This document shows, piece after piece, positions 1 to 9,865 of a stretch of 60,297 bases of DNA (the stretch's first letter is position 1; each line of letters opens with the position of its first letter). Below the pieces are notes generated by a model that was not told the DNA's origin, made no database searches, and worked only from the letters and a program-made list of their open reading frames with translations. Source of the stretch: Nemertoderma westbladi (lineage: Eukaryota > Animalia > Xenacoelomorpha). The stretch spans positions 1-60,297 of the forward strand of contig JAUCBJ010008563.1 of assembly GCA_032718475.1 (NCBI GenBank). The letters are read 5' to 3'. The translations under genes were made by a program, and so were the position numbers.

Positions 1-1
1 A

Positions 2-3000
2 AACTGTTTAAAACTTAAACTAAACCAAGTACGTACGCTACAACAAATTGATTACTTTAAATCTTGCCGCCAATCTAACTTCCCGCCTCAATTTATGGCG
101 TCCCGACTCAGATCAATATTAAAGTTCTACCCCTCTATTTACGAGGGAGTACTTAAAAGGACCTTCCGTTTAGAAATTACAGCAAAATATAAACACCTCA
201 GAAAACTGAATATCAACTTTGGTAACCACCATAACAATCTCTTAAAAACTGCGCAAGCCACTTACGATTACACCGCAATTGATTTTTTATCATTCTGGTT
301 ACCTCTAATAGAAAACCGGGAATTTGAAGTCGCGTGCAACCGAATGGACTATAAGTACAATTACAATATGGGTTACTATGTAATGGAACAAGCATTGACA
401 CGGCTGTCTCGAGCAAACATCGGTCTCTCGCGGCATAATCACAGCACAAAACCTCCACGAGAACTGGATCCAGACGACCCAATATCAACTAATCCATTCC
501 CATTAATGGAAGCCACGGTAAGCAACCTATCGAGTACAGCACTGACTGCGGCACAAGATGAGGTGCTTGGGCTCGGTTTCAGTTTTATACCACATACGGG
601 GACTACGGGAACCCAAATTTTTGAAGCGAAAGTGGACGTTGGTATAGCAGCTACGAAACTCAGACACCACAGCAAACGTTTCAATAATACCCTCCCTGTA
701 GTTGATAAAATAAACCATACACCAGCCAAGCCCACAATCACCCAGTTCCAAGCAAATAACATAGAAAATGAAACACCACGCGTGGCCAGACATAGACCAC
801 GAGCAATGCTACCCACAGGCAGACGCTGTCTTTTCCAAACAAATGTAACCCCAACTTCACATACCAATGTAATTAATATTAATACCCAGGGTGCCAAAGC
901 CACAGCCACAGGGATAACACCAAGCGGTATTTCTTCACCACCCTTACCGCATCAACCGGATGCTACCACAACGCCCCGTAGCAACAACTCCCAACCTGCG
1001 AAGCAGCCTCTATCAGACACACCTGCGTCACGCACACGTGCCAAGACCCGAGACTACTTCGTAACTCAACATCACCCAACTGCTCTTAACACGATCCCAG
1101 AGGTTATCGAACCCCCACCTGAACCACCCGACCCACCATATTTTTCGCACGCTCGGTACGTATCCGCTAGGGTTGATGAACCCCAAGTGGAAGCACTTAT
1201 TAGTGATCTGCATCGCGCTATTTACAAAACTAATCCAAACTACATTAACAAACAATATCCACCTAATTTATCAACCCAGCACCAAAAAGCTCTGCAACAA
1301 CTGCGCAAGAACAAAAATACTGTATTTCTTAAAGGTGATAAAACAGATAACATCATATTGCTAGATTATGTCGATAAGGAATTCGAAATATCTCGGATAT
1401 TAAGCGATACTACCACTTATGAGAAGTTACCCAGAGACCCCACTGCTAAATTCCGCGTAAAATGTAGACAGCTTCTCGACCAGCTTGCAATCACAAACCC
1501 ATTCCTACGCCTTTACTTATTCCCCAACACGTTTACCACAGGCTATTTGTTTATAACTCTAAAAGACCACAAACCAAGATCCGAGTGGATTCAACACCCA
1601 AACGGCAAACTTATCCCCAAAGGCAGACCTATAATTTCGAATACGGATGCGTTCTTTACTCCCCTATCTAAATTAATGCACCACTACCTGCACCCACTTG
1701 TTACCACAGCGTCGAACTATTTAAAGAGCTCATTGGACTTAAAAGAAACTTTACCCAGACAAGGATCAACATATCACTACACTTTTGTTACGGTAGATGT
1801 TATCGACATGTTCACAGCCATCCCACACGAACTAGGCATCGAAGCCACTATGCAAGCACTCAGCGAGGACCCTACGTTACCATACCGCTCCAAATTCACC
1901 GCCGAACAACTTGCAGCAATATTGCGTTTCCTGCTGTTTCACAACTTTTTCCGGTTTTCGGGACACTATTACCTTCAGTTGGCTGGGGCGCCCATGGGAG
2001 GCAGCCACAGTGGAGATTACGCCATCATAAGTTGTTACAGAGTGCTCAAGAGGGCGATCGCAATCTCGCTACGGGTCCCGTTATACTTTCGAACATTAGT
2101 GGATGACAGCCTGTGTGTTTACAACGAATGGCTCACTGACACTGATATAAAACAACTAAACTATGCATTCAACTCCGCCTGCTCAGACCTATACAATAAC
2201 AACTCTATACAGTTTACCGTAGACTACTCCAGAAAATCCATAAACTACCTAGATGTTACTATTCAAGCTTCAAACTCAACAAAACTAACAACCAAAATAT
2301 ATAGGAAACCAATGTCTAATAAACTACCCATCGCATACTCAAGCTTCCACCACAAACCATCCTTGCTAGCCATAGTTCGAGCTGAACTGCTGCGCATTCG
2401 CCGACTAACGGATTCAACAAATCATTTCAAACAACAAAGGCATTTATATCTCGAAAAGTGTAAACTCAGAGGATACCCCTTGAACTTCCTTTTAAGTTTG
2501 TATGCGTGGGACCCACCCCAATGTTCAACATTCACTGCCGCCGAACACGATCAGGACTTTCCGCATTCACCAAGCCATACCAATCAACAAAACAACATAA
2601 AACCTCCTACCCAACGTTTCTATCTGTCAACGACACCACAATTTATCCCTACCCTCAGCAAAGTTGTGCGTCGGCATAACAGACGAGTTCAGCACCTTGG
2701 TGTAACATTACAAACTGTCCCACGAAATGCACCTACTTTGGGAAAGCTTCTAATACGTAAACAGGAACCACAAACAGCTCCAGGTAACCATCCATGTTTG
2801 CAACCCCGCTGCCTCACCTGCTTGGCAATTACGGATATGAAAGAGACACCATGGGGCGAGCCAATCATCGGTAGGTTTGATTGTAAATCCAGCAACATTC
2901 TCTATACCATTAAATGTAAAACTCACCCCTATCAATACTACCTCGGTCAAACTGAACAACGTCTGCACAAGAGGCTCAATAAACATCGGGAGAACATCAA

Positions 3001-3226
3001 CAGCTACAGGAAAGCTCTGGATAAGGCAATAAAGAACAACAAGCCGATATGTACTGTGACAACAACTGACCCGGAGGTGCTATTGCTTCAACATTTCAGT
3101 AGCTGTAATAATTACGAAGTAACATGCGTCCAGCAATTTCGTAACCACCAGCGTCGTATTCATACTGAAGCTTTACTCATTAATTGCCACCGCCCACCCC
3201 TCAATAAACTGGTACCACTTCTATAG
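2..3226 (+). CDS. PLE reverse transcriptase/GIY-YIG endonuclease polyprotein, copy 1 (5'-truncated by window edge)
   Basis: Frame is open from base 2 and matches copy 2; RT motifs KGRPIIS, VTVDVIDMFTAIP, GAPMGG, LVDD, YLDV; linker CLQPRCLTC; nuclease ILYTIKC...YYLGQT...RLNKH...E...N. Confidence 0.93.
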   Translation, partial: NCLKLKLNQVRTLQQIDYFKSCRQSNFPPQFMASRLRSILKFYPSIYEGVLKRTFRLEITAKYKHLRKLNINFGNHHNNLLKTAQATYDYTAIDFLSFWLPLIENREFEVACNRMDYKYNYNMGYYVMEQALTRLSRANIGLSRHNHSTKPPRELDPDDPISTNPFPLMEATVSNLSSTALTAAQDEVLGLGFSFIPHTGTTGTQIFEAKVDVGIAATKLRHHSKRFNNTLPVVDKINHTPAKPTITQFQANNIENETPRVARHRPRAMLPTGRRCLFQTNVTPTSHTNVININTQGAKATATGITPSGISSPPLPHQPDATTTPRSNNSQPAKQPLSDTPASRTRAKTRDYFVTQHHPTALNTIPEVIEPPPEPPDPPYFSHARYVSARVDEPQVEALISDLHRAIYKTNPNYINKQYPPNLSTQHQKALQQLRKNKNTVFLKGDKTDNIILLDYVDKEFEISRILSDTTTYEKLPRDPTAKFRVKCRQLLDQLAITNPFLRLYLFPNTFTTGYLFITLKDHKPRSEWIQHPNGKLIPKGRPIISNTDAFFTPLSKLMHHYLHPLVTTASNYLKSSLDLKETLPRQGSTYHYTFVTVDVIDMFTAIPHELGIEATMQALSEDPTLPYRSKFTAEQLAAILRFLLFHNFFRFSGHYYLQLAGAPMGGSHSGDYAIISCYRVLKRAIAISLRVPLYFRTLVDDSLCVYNEWLTDTDIKQLNYAFNSACSDLYNNNSIQFTVDYSRKSINYLDVTIQASNSTKLTTKIYRKPMSNKLPIAYSSFHHKPSLLAIVRAELLRIRRLTDSTNHFKQQRHLYLEKCKLRGYPLNFLLSLYAWDPPQCSTFTAAEHDQDFPHSPSHTNQQNNIKPPTQRFYLSTTPQFIPTLSKVVRRHNRRVQHLGVTLQTVPRNAPTLGKLLIRKQEPQTAPGNHPCLQPRCLTCLAITDMKETPWGEPIIGRFDCKSSNILYTIKCKTHPYQYYLGQTEQRLHKRLNKHRENINSYRKALDKAIKNNKPICTVTTTDPEVLLLQHFSSCNNYEVTCVQQFRNHQRRIHTEALLINCHRPPLNKLVPLL

Positions 3227-3976
3227 AATGAAACTTCGACCCGATGGCTCGCCCCCACCTAACATTTGGATGTAACAAACTCACACCACCTCTAATAATT
3301 AATTAACTGTGCAGTACGCTCTACCCTTGCTGTAATATACATTGTGTCAGCCAGCTGTAATGTACGTACTATAGCCGAACATATTAGTATTCAATAGGAA
3401 ATACCAAAACAAAAACTTTTTTAAAAATTGTTATATGTAATCTTGTAGGGATTCCTTTTATTTAGTAACAGTAATATGTGTCCTTTTATCCCCCTCAATT
3501 TTATGGCTTAGGTATTCTTTCCCTTCTTTTAAATATATTTTTAAATGATATTTTATTTCAGAACCAACATTTTTTTAGAATTTTTTTTTTTTTTTTACCC
3601 TTTTACCAGCCTCACTTTTATTTGTAAATTTGTAACTCAACGACTTAATATTGGAACCAACAATTTTTAACTATTTTTAATCATTTAATGGTTTTAACGT
3701 TACCCACCCTTTTTCCACCTCTTCATTTAGCACCCTTTTTATTTTTATTTTTTAAATTTAATATTGAACATCTAATACCTTAACAACACTTGTAGCCTAC
3801 AATTATATCTCTAGGCCTACATACAGTATTAAGATAAATCTAAATATGTTAATCTAATACATCCTATCATACTGTGTATATCGGAATTTGGTGGCATAGT
3901 AATTGGTTGTACCGTACGTTAAATTTAATATTATGGTTTAGGTTTATAAATTGTGTTTTAATGTTATTTTAATTTA

Positions 3977-4018
3977 ATTTACTGAAGACGTCCGTGAGGA
4001 TGAAATGGCCATATAAAT
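3977..4018 (+). ncRNA. Minimal type I hammerhead ribozyme (PLE pseudo-LTR), copy 1
   Basis: Stem I ATTTA(3977-81)/TAAAT(4014-18); core CTGAAGA; stem II GTCC-GTGA-GGAT; GAAA; palindromic stem III ATGGCCAT; predicted AUA cleavage after 4013. Confidence 0.85.
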
Positions 4019-4084
4019 AGAAACTGTTTTCGTTAACCGTGGCATTAGACCCTTTCTACAGTCATTATCCCTGAAGTTATAATT

Positions 4085-7000
4085 ATGGATACGCCACGAA
4101 CGGCATCATTTCGACTTCTTTCCCATTTAAATATAGATCCAAGGGCAATCAACGATGTCAGAAACTGTTTAAAACTTAAACTAAACCAAGTACGTACGCT
4201 ACAACAAATTGATTACTTTAAATCTTGCCGCCAATCTAACTTCCCGCCTCAATTTATGGCGTCCCGACTCAGATCAATATTAAAGTTCTACCCCTCTATT
4301 TACGAGGGAGTACTTAAAAGGACCTTCCGTTTAGAAATTACAGCAAAATATAAACACCTCAGAAAACTGAATATCAACTTTGGTAACCACCATAACAATC
4401 TCTTAAAAACTGCGCAAGCCACTTACGATTACACCGCAATTGATTTTTTATCATTCTGGTTACCTCTAATAGAAAACCGGGAATTTGAAGTCGCGTGCAA
4501 CCGAATGGACTATAAGTACAATTACAATATGGGTTACTATGTAATGGAACAAGCATTGACACGGCTGTCTCGAGCAAACATCGGTCTCTCGCGGCATAAT
4601 CACAGCACAAAACCTCCACGAGAACTGGATCCAGACGACCCATTATCAACTAATCCATTCCCATTAATGGAAGCCACGGTAAGCAACCTATCGAGTACAG
4701 CACTGACTGCGGCACAAGATGAGGTGCTTGGGCTCGGTTTCAGTTTTATACCACATACGGGGACTACGGGAACCCAAATTTTTGAAGCGAAAGTGGACGT
4801 TGGTATAGCAGCTACGAAACTCAGACACCACAGCAAACGTTTCAATAATACCCTCCCTGTAGTTGATAAAATAAACCATACACCAGCCAAGCCCACAATC
4901 ACCCAGTTCCAAGCAAATAACATAGAAAATGAAACACCACGCGTGGCCAGACATAGACCACGAGCAATGCTACCCACAGGCAGACGCTGTCTTTTCCAAA
5001 CAAATGTAACCCCAACTTCACATACCAATGTAATTAATATTAATACCCAGGGTGCCAAAGCCACAGCCACAGGGATAACACCAAGCGGTATTTCTTCACC
5101 ACCCTTACCGCATCAACCGGATGCTACCACAACGCCCCGTAGCAACAACTCCCAACCTGCGAAGCAGCCTCTATCAGACACACCTGCGTCACGCACACGT
5201 GCCAAGACCCGAGACTACTTCGTAACTCAACATCACCCAACTGCTCTTAACACGATCCCAGAGGTTATCGAACCCCCACCTGAACCACCCGACCCACCAT
5301 ATTTTTCGCACGCTCGGTACGTATCCGCTAGGGTTGATGAACCCCAAGTGGAAGCACTTATTAGTGATCTGCATCGCGCTATTTACAAAACTAATCCAAA
5401 CTACATTAACAAACAATATCCACCTAATTTATCAACCCAGCACCAAAAAGCTCTGCAACAACTGCGCAAGAACAAAAATACTGTATTTCTTAAAGGTGAT
5501 AAAACAGATAACATCATATTGCTAGATTATGTCGATAAGGAATTCGAAATATCTCGGATATTAAGCGATACTACCACTTATGAGAAGTTACCCAGAGACC
5601 CCACTGCTAAATTCCGCGTAAAATGTAGACAGCTTCTCGACCAGCTTGCAATCACAAACCCATTCCTACGCCTTTACTTATTCCCCAACACGTTTACCAC
5701 AGGCTATTTGTTTATAACTCTAAAAGACCACAAACCAAGATCCGAGTGGATTCAACACCCAAACGGCAAACTTATCCCCAAAGGCAGACCTATAATTTCG
5801 AATACGGATGCGTTCTTTACTCCCCTATCTAAATTAATGCACCACTACCTGCACCCACTTGTTACCACAGCGTCGAACTATTTAAAGAGCTCATTGGACT
5901 TAAAAGAAACTTTACCCAGACAAGGATCAACATATCACTACACTTTTGTTACGGTAGATGTTATCGACATGTTCACAGCCATCCCACACGAACTAGGCAT
6001 CGAAGCCACTATGCAAGCACTCAGCGAGGACCCTACGTTACCATACCGCTCCAAATTCACCGCCGAACAACTTGCAGCAATATTGCGTTTCCTGCTGTTT
6101 CACAACTTTTTCCGGTTTTCGGGACACTATTACCTTCAGTTGGCTGGGGCGCCCATGGGAGGCAGCCACAGTGGAGATTACGCCATCATAAGTTGTTACA
6201 GAGTGCTCAAGAGGGCGATCGCAATCTCGCTACGGGTCCCGTTATACTTTCGAACATTAGTGGATGACAGCCTGTGTGTTTACAACGAATGGCTCACTGA
6301 CACTGATATAAAACAACTAAACTATGCATTCAACTCCGCCTGCTCAGACCTATACAATAACAACTCTATACAGTTTACCGTAGACTACTCCAGAAAATCC
6401 ATAAACTACCTAGATGTTACTATTCAAGCTTCAAACTCAACAAAACTAACAACCAAAATATATAGGAAACCAATGTCTAATAAACTACCCATCGCATACT
6501 CAAGCTTCCACCACAAACCATCCTTGCTAGCCATAGTTCGAGCTGAACTGCTGCGCATTCGCCGACTAACGGATTCAACAAATCATTTCAAACAACAAAG
6601 GCATTTATATCTCGAAAAGTGTAAACTCAGAGGATACCCCTTGAACTTCCTTTTAAGTTTGTATGCGTGGGACCCACCCCAATGTTCAACATTCACTGCC
6701 GCCGAACACGATCAGGACTTTCCGCATTCACCAAGCCATACCAATCAACAAAACAACATAAAACCTCCTACCCAACGTTTCTATCTGTCAACGACACCAC
6801 AATTTATCCCTACCCTCAGCAAAGTTGTGCGTCGGCATAACAGACGAGTTCAGCACCTTGGTGTAACATTACAAACTGTCCCACGAAATGCACCTACTTT
6901 GGGAAAGCTTCTAATACGTAAACAGGAACCACAAACAGCTCCAGGTAACCATCCATGTTTGCAACCCCGCTGCCTCACCTGCTTGGCAATTACGGATATG

Positions 7001-7387
7001 AAAGAGACACCATGGGGCGAGCCAATCATCGGTAGGTTTGATTGTAAATCCAGCAACATTCTCTATACCATTAAATGTAAAACTCACCCCTATCAATACT
7101 ACCTCGGTCAAACTGAACAACGTCTGCACAAGAGGCTCAATAAACATCGGGAGAACATCAACAGCTACAGGAAAGCTCTGGATAAGGCAATAAAGAACAA
7201 CAAGCCGATATGTACTGTGACAACAACTGACCCGGAGGTGCTATTGCTTCAACATTTCAGTAGCTGTAATAATTACGAAGTAACATGCGTCCAGCAATTT
7301 CGTAACCACCAGCGTCGTATTCATACTGAAGCTTTACTCATTAATTGCCACCGCCCACCCCTCAATAAACTGGTACCACTTCTATAG
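4085..7387 (+). CDS. PLE RT/GIY-YIG polyprotein, copy 2, complete (1100 aa), Neptune-type domain order
   Basis: Uninterrupted ORF with the same motifs as copy 1; the only amino-acid difference seen is I/L (A482 vs T4643). Confidence 0.95.
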   Translation: MDTPRTASFRLLSHLNIDPRAINDVRNCLKLKLNQVRTLQQIDYFKSCRQSNFPPQFMASRLRSILKFYPSIYEGVLKRTFRLEITAKYKHLRKLNINFGNHHNNLLKTAQATYDYTAIDFLSFWLPLIENREFEVACNRMDYKYNYNMGYYVMEQALTRLSRANIGLSRHNHSTKPPRELDPDDPLSTNPFPLMEATVSNLSSTALTAAQDEVLGLGFSFIPHTGTTGTQIFEAKVDVGIAATKLRHHSKRFNNTLPVVDKINHTPAKPTITQFQANNIENETPRVARHRPRAMLPTGRRCLFQTNVTPTSHTNVININTQGAKATATGITPSGISSPPLPHQPDATTTPRSNNSQPAKQPLSDTPASRTRAKTRDYFVTQHHPTALNTIPEVIEPPPEPPDPPYFSHARYVSARVDEPQVEALISDLHRAIYKTNPNYINKQYPPNLSTQHQKALQQLRKNKNTVFLKGDKTDNIILLDYVDKEFEISRILSDTTTYEKLPRDPTAKFRVKCRQLLDQLAITNPFLRLYLFPNTFTTGYLFITLKDHKPRSEWIQHPNGKLIPKGRPIISNTDAFFTPLSKLMHHYLHPLVTTASNYLKSSLDLKETLPRQGSTYHYTFVTVDVIDMFTAIPHELGIEATMQALSEDPTLPYRSKFTAEQLAAILRFLLFHNFFRFSGHYYLQLAGAPMGGSHSGDYAIISCYRVLKRAIAISLRVPLYFRTLVDDSLCVYNEWLTDTDIKQLNYAFNSACSDLYNNNSIQFTVDYSRKSINYLDVTIQASNSTKLTTKIYRKPMSNKLPIAYSSFHHKPSLLAIVRAELLRIRRLTDSTNHFKQQRHLYLEKCKLRGYPLNFLLSLYAWDPPQCSTFTAAEHDQDFPHSPSHTNQQNNIKPPTQRFYLSTTPQFIPTLSKVVRRHNRRVQHLGVTLQTVPRNAPTLGKLLIRKQEPQTAPGNHPCLQPRCLTCLAITDMKETPWGEPIIGRFDCKSSNILYTIKCKTHPYQYYLGQTEQRLHKRLNKHRENINSYRKALDKAIKNNKPICTVTTTDPEVLLLQHFSSCNNYEVTCVQQFRNHQRRIHTEALLINCHRPPLNKLVPLL

Positions 7388-7739
7388 AATGAAACTTCGA
7401 CCCGATGGCTCGCCCCCACCTAACATTTGGATGTAACAAACTCACACCACCTCTAATAATTAATTAACTGTGCAGTACGCTCTACCCTTGCTGTAATATA
7501 CATTGTGTCAGCCGGCTGTAATGTACGTACTATAGCCGAACATATTAGTATTCAATAGGAAATACCAAAACAAAAACTTTTTTAAAAATTGTTATATGTA
7601 ATCTTGTAGGGATTCCTTTTATTTAGTAACAGTAATATGTGTCCTTTTATCCCCCTCAATTTTATGGCTTAGGTATTCTTTCCCTTCTTTTAAATATATT
7701 TTTAAATGATATTTTATTTCAGAACCAACATTTTTTTAG

Positions 7740-7784
<45 letters not shown>

Positions 7785-8156
7785 ACCAGCCTCACTTTTA
7801 TTTGTAAATTTGTAACTCAACGACTTAATATTGGAACCAACAATTTTTAACTATTTTTAATCATTTAATGGTTTTAACGTTACCCACCCTTTTTCCACCT
7901 CTTCATTTAGCACCCTTTTTATTTTTATTTTTTAAATTTAATATTGAACATCTAATACCTTAACAACACTTGTAGCCTACAATTATATCTCTAGGCCTAC
8001 ATACAGTATTAAGATAAATCTAAATATGTTAATCTAATACATCCTATCATACTGTGTATATCGGAATTTGGTGGCATAGTAATTGGTTGTACCGTACGTT
8101 AAATTTAATATTATGGTTTAGGTTTATAAATTGTGTTTTAATGTTATTTTAATTTA

Positions 8157-8198
8157 ATTTACTGAAGACGTCCGTGAGGATGAAATGGCCATATAAAT
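8157..8198 (+). ncRNA. Minimal type I hammerhead ribozyme, copy 2
   Basis: Identical to 3977-4018. Confidence 0.85.
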
Positions 8199-8308
8199 AG
8201 AAACTGTTTTCGTTAACCGTGGCATTAGACCCTTTCTACAGTCATTATCCCTGAAGTTATAATTATGGATACGCCACGAACGGCATCATTTCGACTTCTT
8301 TCCCATTT

Positions 8309-9331
8309 TGATATCTGAATGTTAGTTAACACGTGAAATTTATAACTGATATCTGAATGTTAGTTAACACGTGAAATTTATAACTGATATCTGAATGTTA
8401 GTTAACACGTGAAATTTATATCTGATATCTGAATATTAACAGGTGAAATTTATAACTGATATCTGACTGTTAGTTAACACGTGAAATTTATAACTGATGT
8501 CTGAATGTTAACACGTGAAATTTATAACTGATGTCTGACTGTTAGTTAACACGTGAAATTTATAACTGATGTCTGAATGTTAACACGTGAAATTTATAAC
8601 TGATGTCTGAATGTTAGTTAACACGTGAAATGTATAACTGATGTCTGACTGTTAGTTAACACGTGAAATTTATAACTGATGTCTGAATGTTAACACGTGA
8701 AATTTATAACTGATGTCTGAATGTTAGTTAACACGTGAAATTTATAACTGATGTCTGACTGTTAGTTAACATGTGAAATTTATAACTGATGTCTGAATAT
8801 TAACACGTGAAATTTATAACTGATATCTGAATGTTAGTTAACACGTGAAATTTATAACTGATATCTGAATGTTAACACGTGAAATTTTAACTGATATCTG
8901 AATGTTAGTTAACACGTGAAATTTATAACTGATGTCTGAATGTTAGTTAACACGTGAAATTTATAACTGATGTCTGACTGTTAGTTAACACGTGAAATTT
9001 ATAACTGATGTCTGAATGTTAACACGTGAAATTTATAACTGATGTCTGACTGTTAGTTAACACGTGAAATTTATAACTGATGTCTGAATGTTAACACGTG
9101 AAATTTATAACTGATGTCTGACTGTTAGTTAACACGTGAAATTTATAACTGATGTCTGAATGTTAACACGTGAAATTTATAACTGATGTCTGAATGTTAG
9201 TTAACACGTGAAATTTATAACTGATGTCTGACTGTTAGTTAACATGTGAAATTTATAACTGATGTCTGAATATTAACACGTGAAATTTATAACTGATATC
9301 TGAATGTTAGTTAACACGTGAAATTTATAAC
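8309..9331. repeat. 38-bp satellite (TGATRTCTGAMTGTTAGTTAACACGTGAAATTTATAAC) with 34-bp variants, left arm
   Basis: Roughly 28 tandem monomers read directly. Confidence 0.97.
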
Positions 9332-9473
9332 TGATGAATTATTTCACTATAAGGTAGCATTTGTAGTTTAACTTTAACGTAAAAACTTTTGAAAATCCGA
9401 CGTATTTTGATTAAGTTACAGTAATGTAATACGCCTATTCATATTTGTACACATAAAACCCTTAGGTACTCTC

Positions 9474-9545
9474 GTGGCGTAGTGGTCAGATGGTTAAGGC
9501 GTTGGTTACATTACGTAGGTTACGAGTTCGAATCCCAGTCGGGAA
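9474..9545 (+). other. tRNA-derived (SINE-head-like) A-box/B-box cassette inside the 5' LTR; second copy near 23295-23366
   Basis: GTGGTCAGATGGTTAAGGCG resembles a tRNA D-arm/A-box; GAGTTCGAATCC is a B-box; T4 run at about 9553; no complete cloverleaf. Confidence 0.6.
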
Positions 9546-9589
9546 ATTTGTATTTTGGGGCCATTTATTTTCGTGTGGTGCTAATTGAT

Positions 9590-9865
9590 AGGCCAATGAG
9601 AAGCGTACAACGTAGCGAATAATGAGCCAGGCCAATCATAGGGCATAAATTATCTTATTGCTCAAATGTGAGGCAGTGGAAAATTCTGTTAGGATTCCAT
9701 GTCCCAGATTTAGTGTAAGGGCCGGACTGCGTTGAACGATGAGCTGGGCCAATCATAGAGCACGAAGCACTTCATTGCTCAATGGTGAAGCTGTGGAAAA
9801 TTCTGTTTAGTTTCCATGTGCAATTTCTAGTATAAAAGGCCGGTTTGCCTTCGGTTATCATTCTT
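9590..9865 (+). promoter_or_regulatory. Putative LTR Pol II promoter: three GCCAAT boxes, a duplicated ~85-bp block, TATAAAA (9831) and Inr-like TCATTC (about 9858)
   Basis: Motifs read directly; block 9617-9700 is imperfectly repeated at 9734-9819; TATA-to-Inr spacing about 28 nt. Confidence 0.6.

Larger units (their letters stand above)
1..8308 (+). mobile_element. Tandem (head-to-tail) Penelope-like retroelement array, unit about 4.16-4.18 kb; left end outside window
   Basis: Two near-identical RT+GIY-YIG ORFs offset by 4161 bp; the intergenic 3227-4128 sequence is repeated at 7388-8308, ending 44 nt into a third ORF start (ATG 8265) where satellite begins. Confidence 0.95.

Noticed and set aside
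9474-9545. Functional tRNA gene in the LTR
   Set aside because: Acceptor, anticodon and T stems do not pair properly; kept only as a tRNA-derived cassette.
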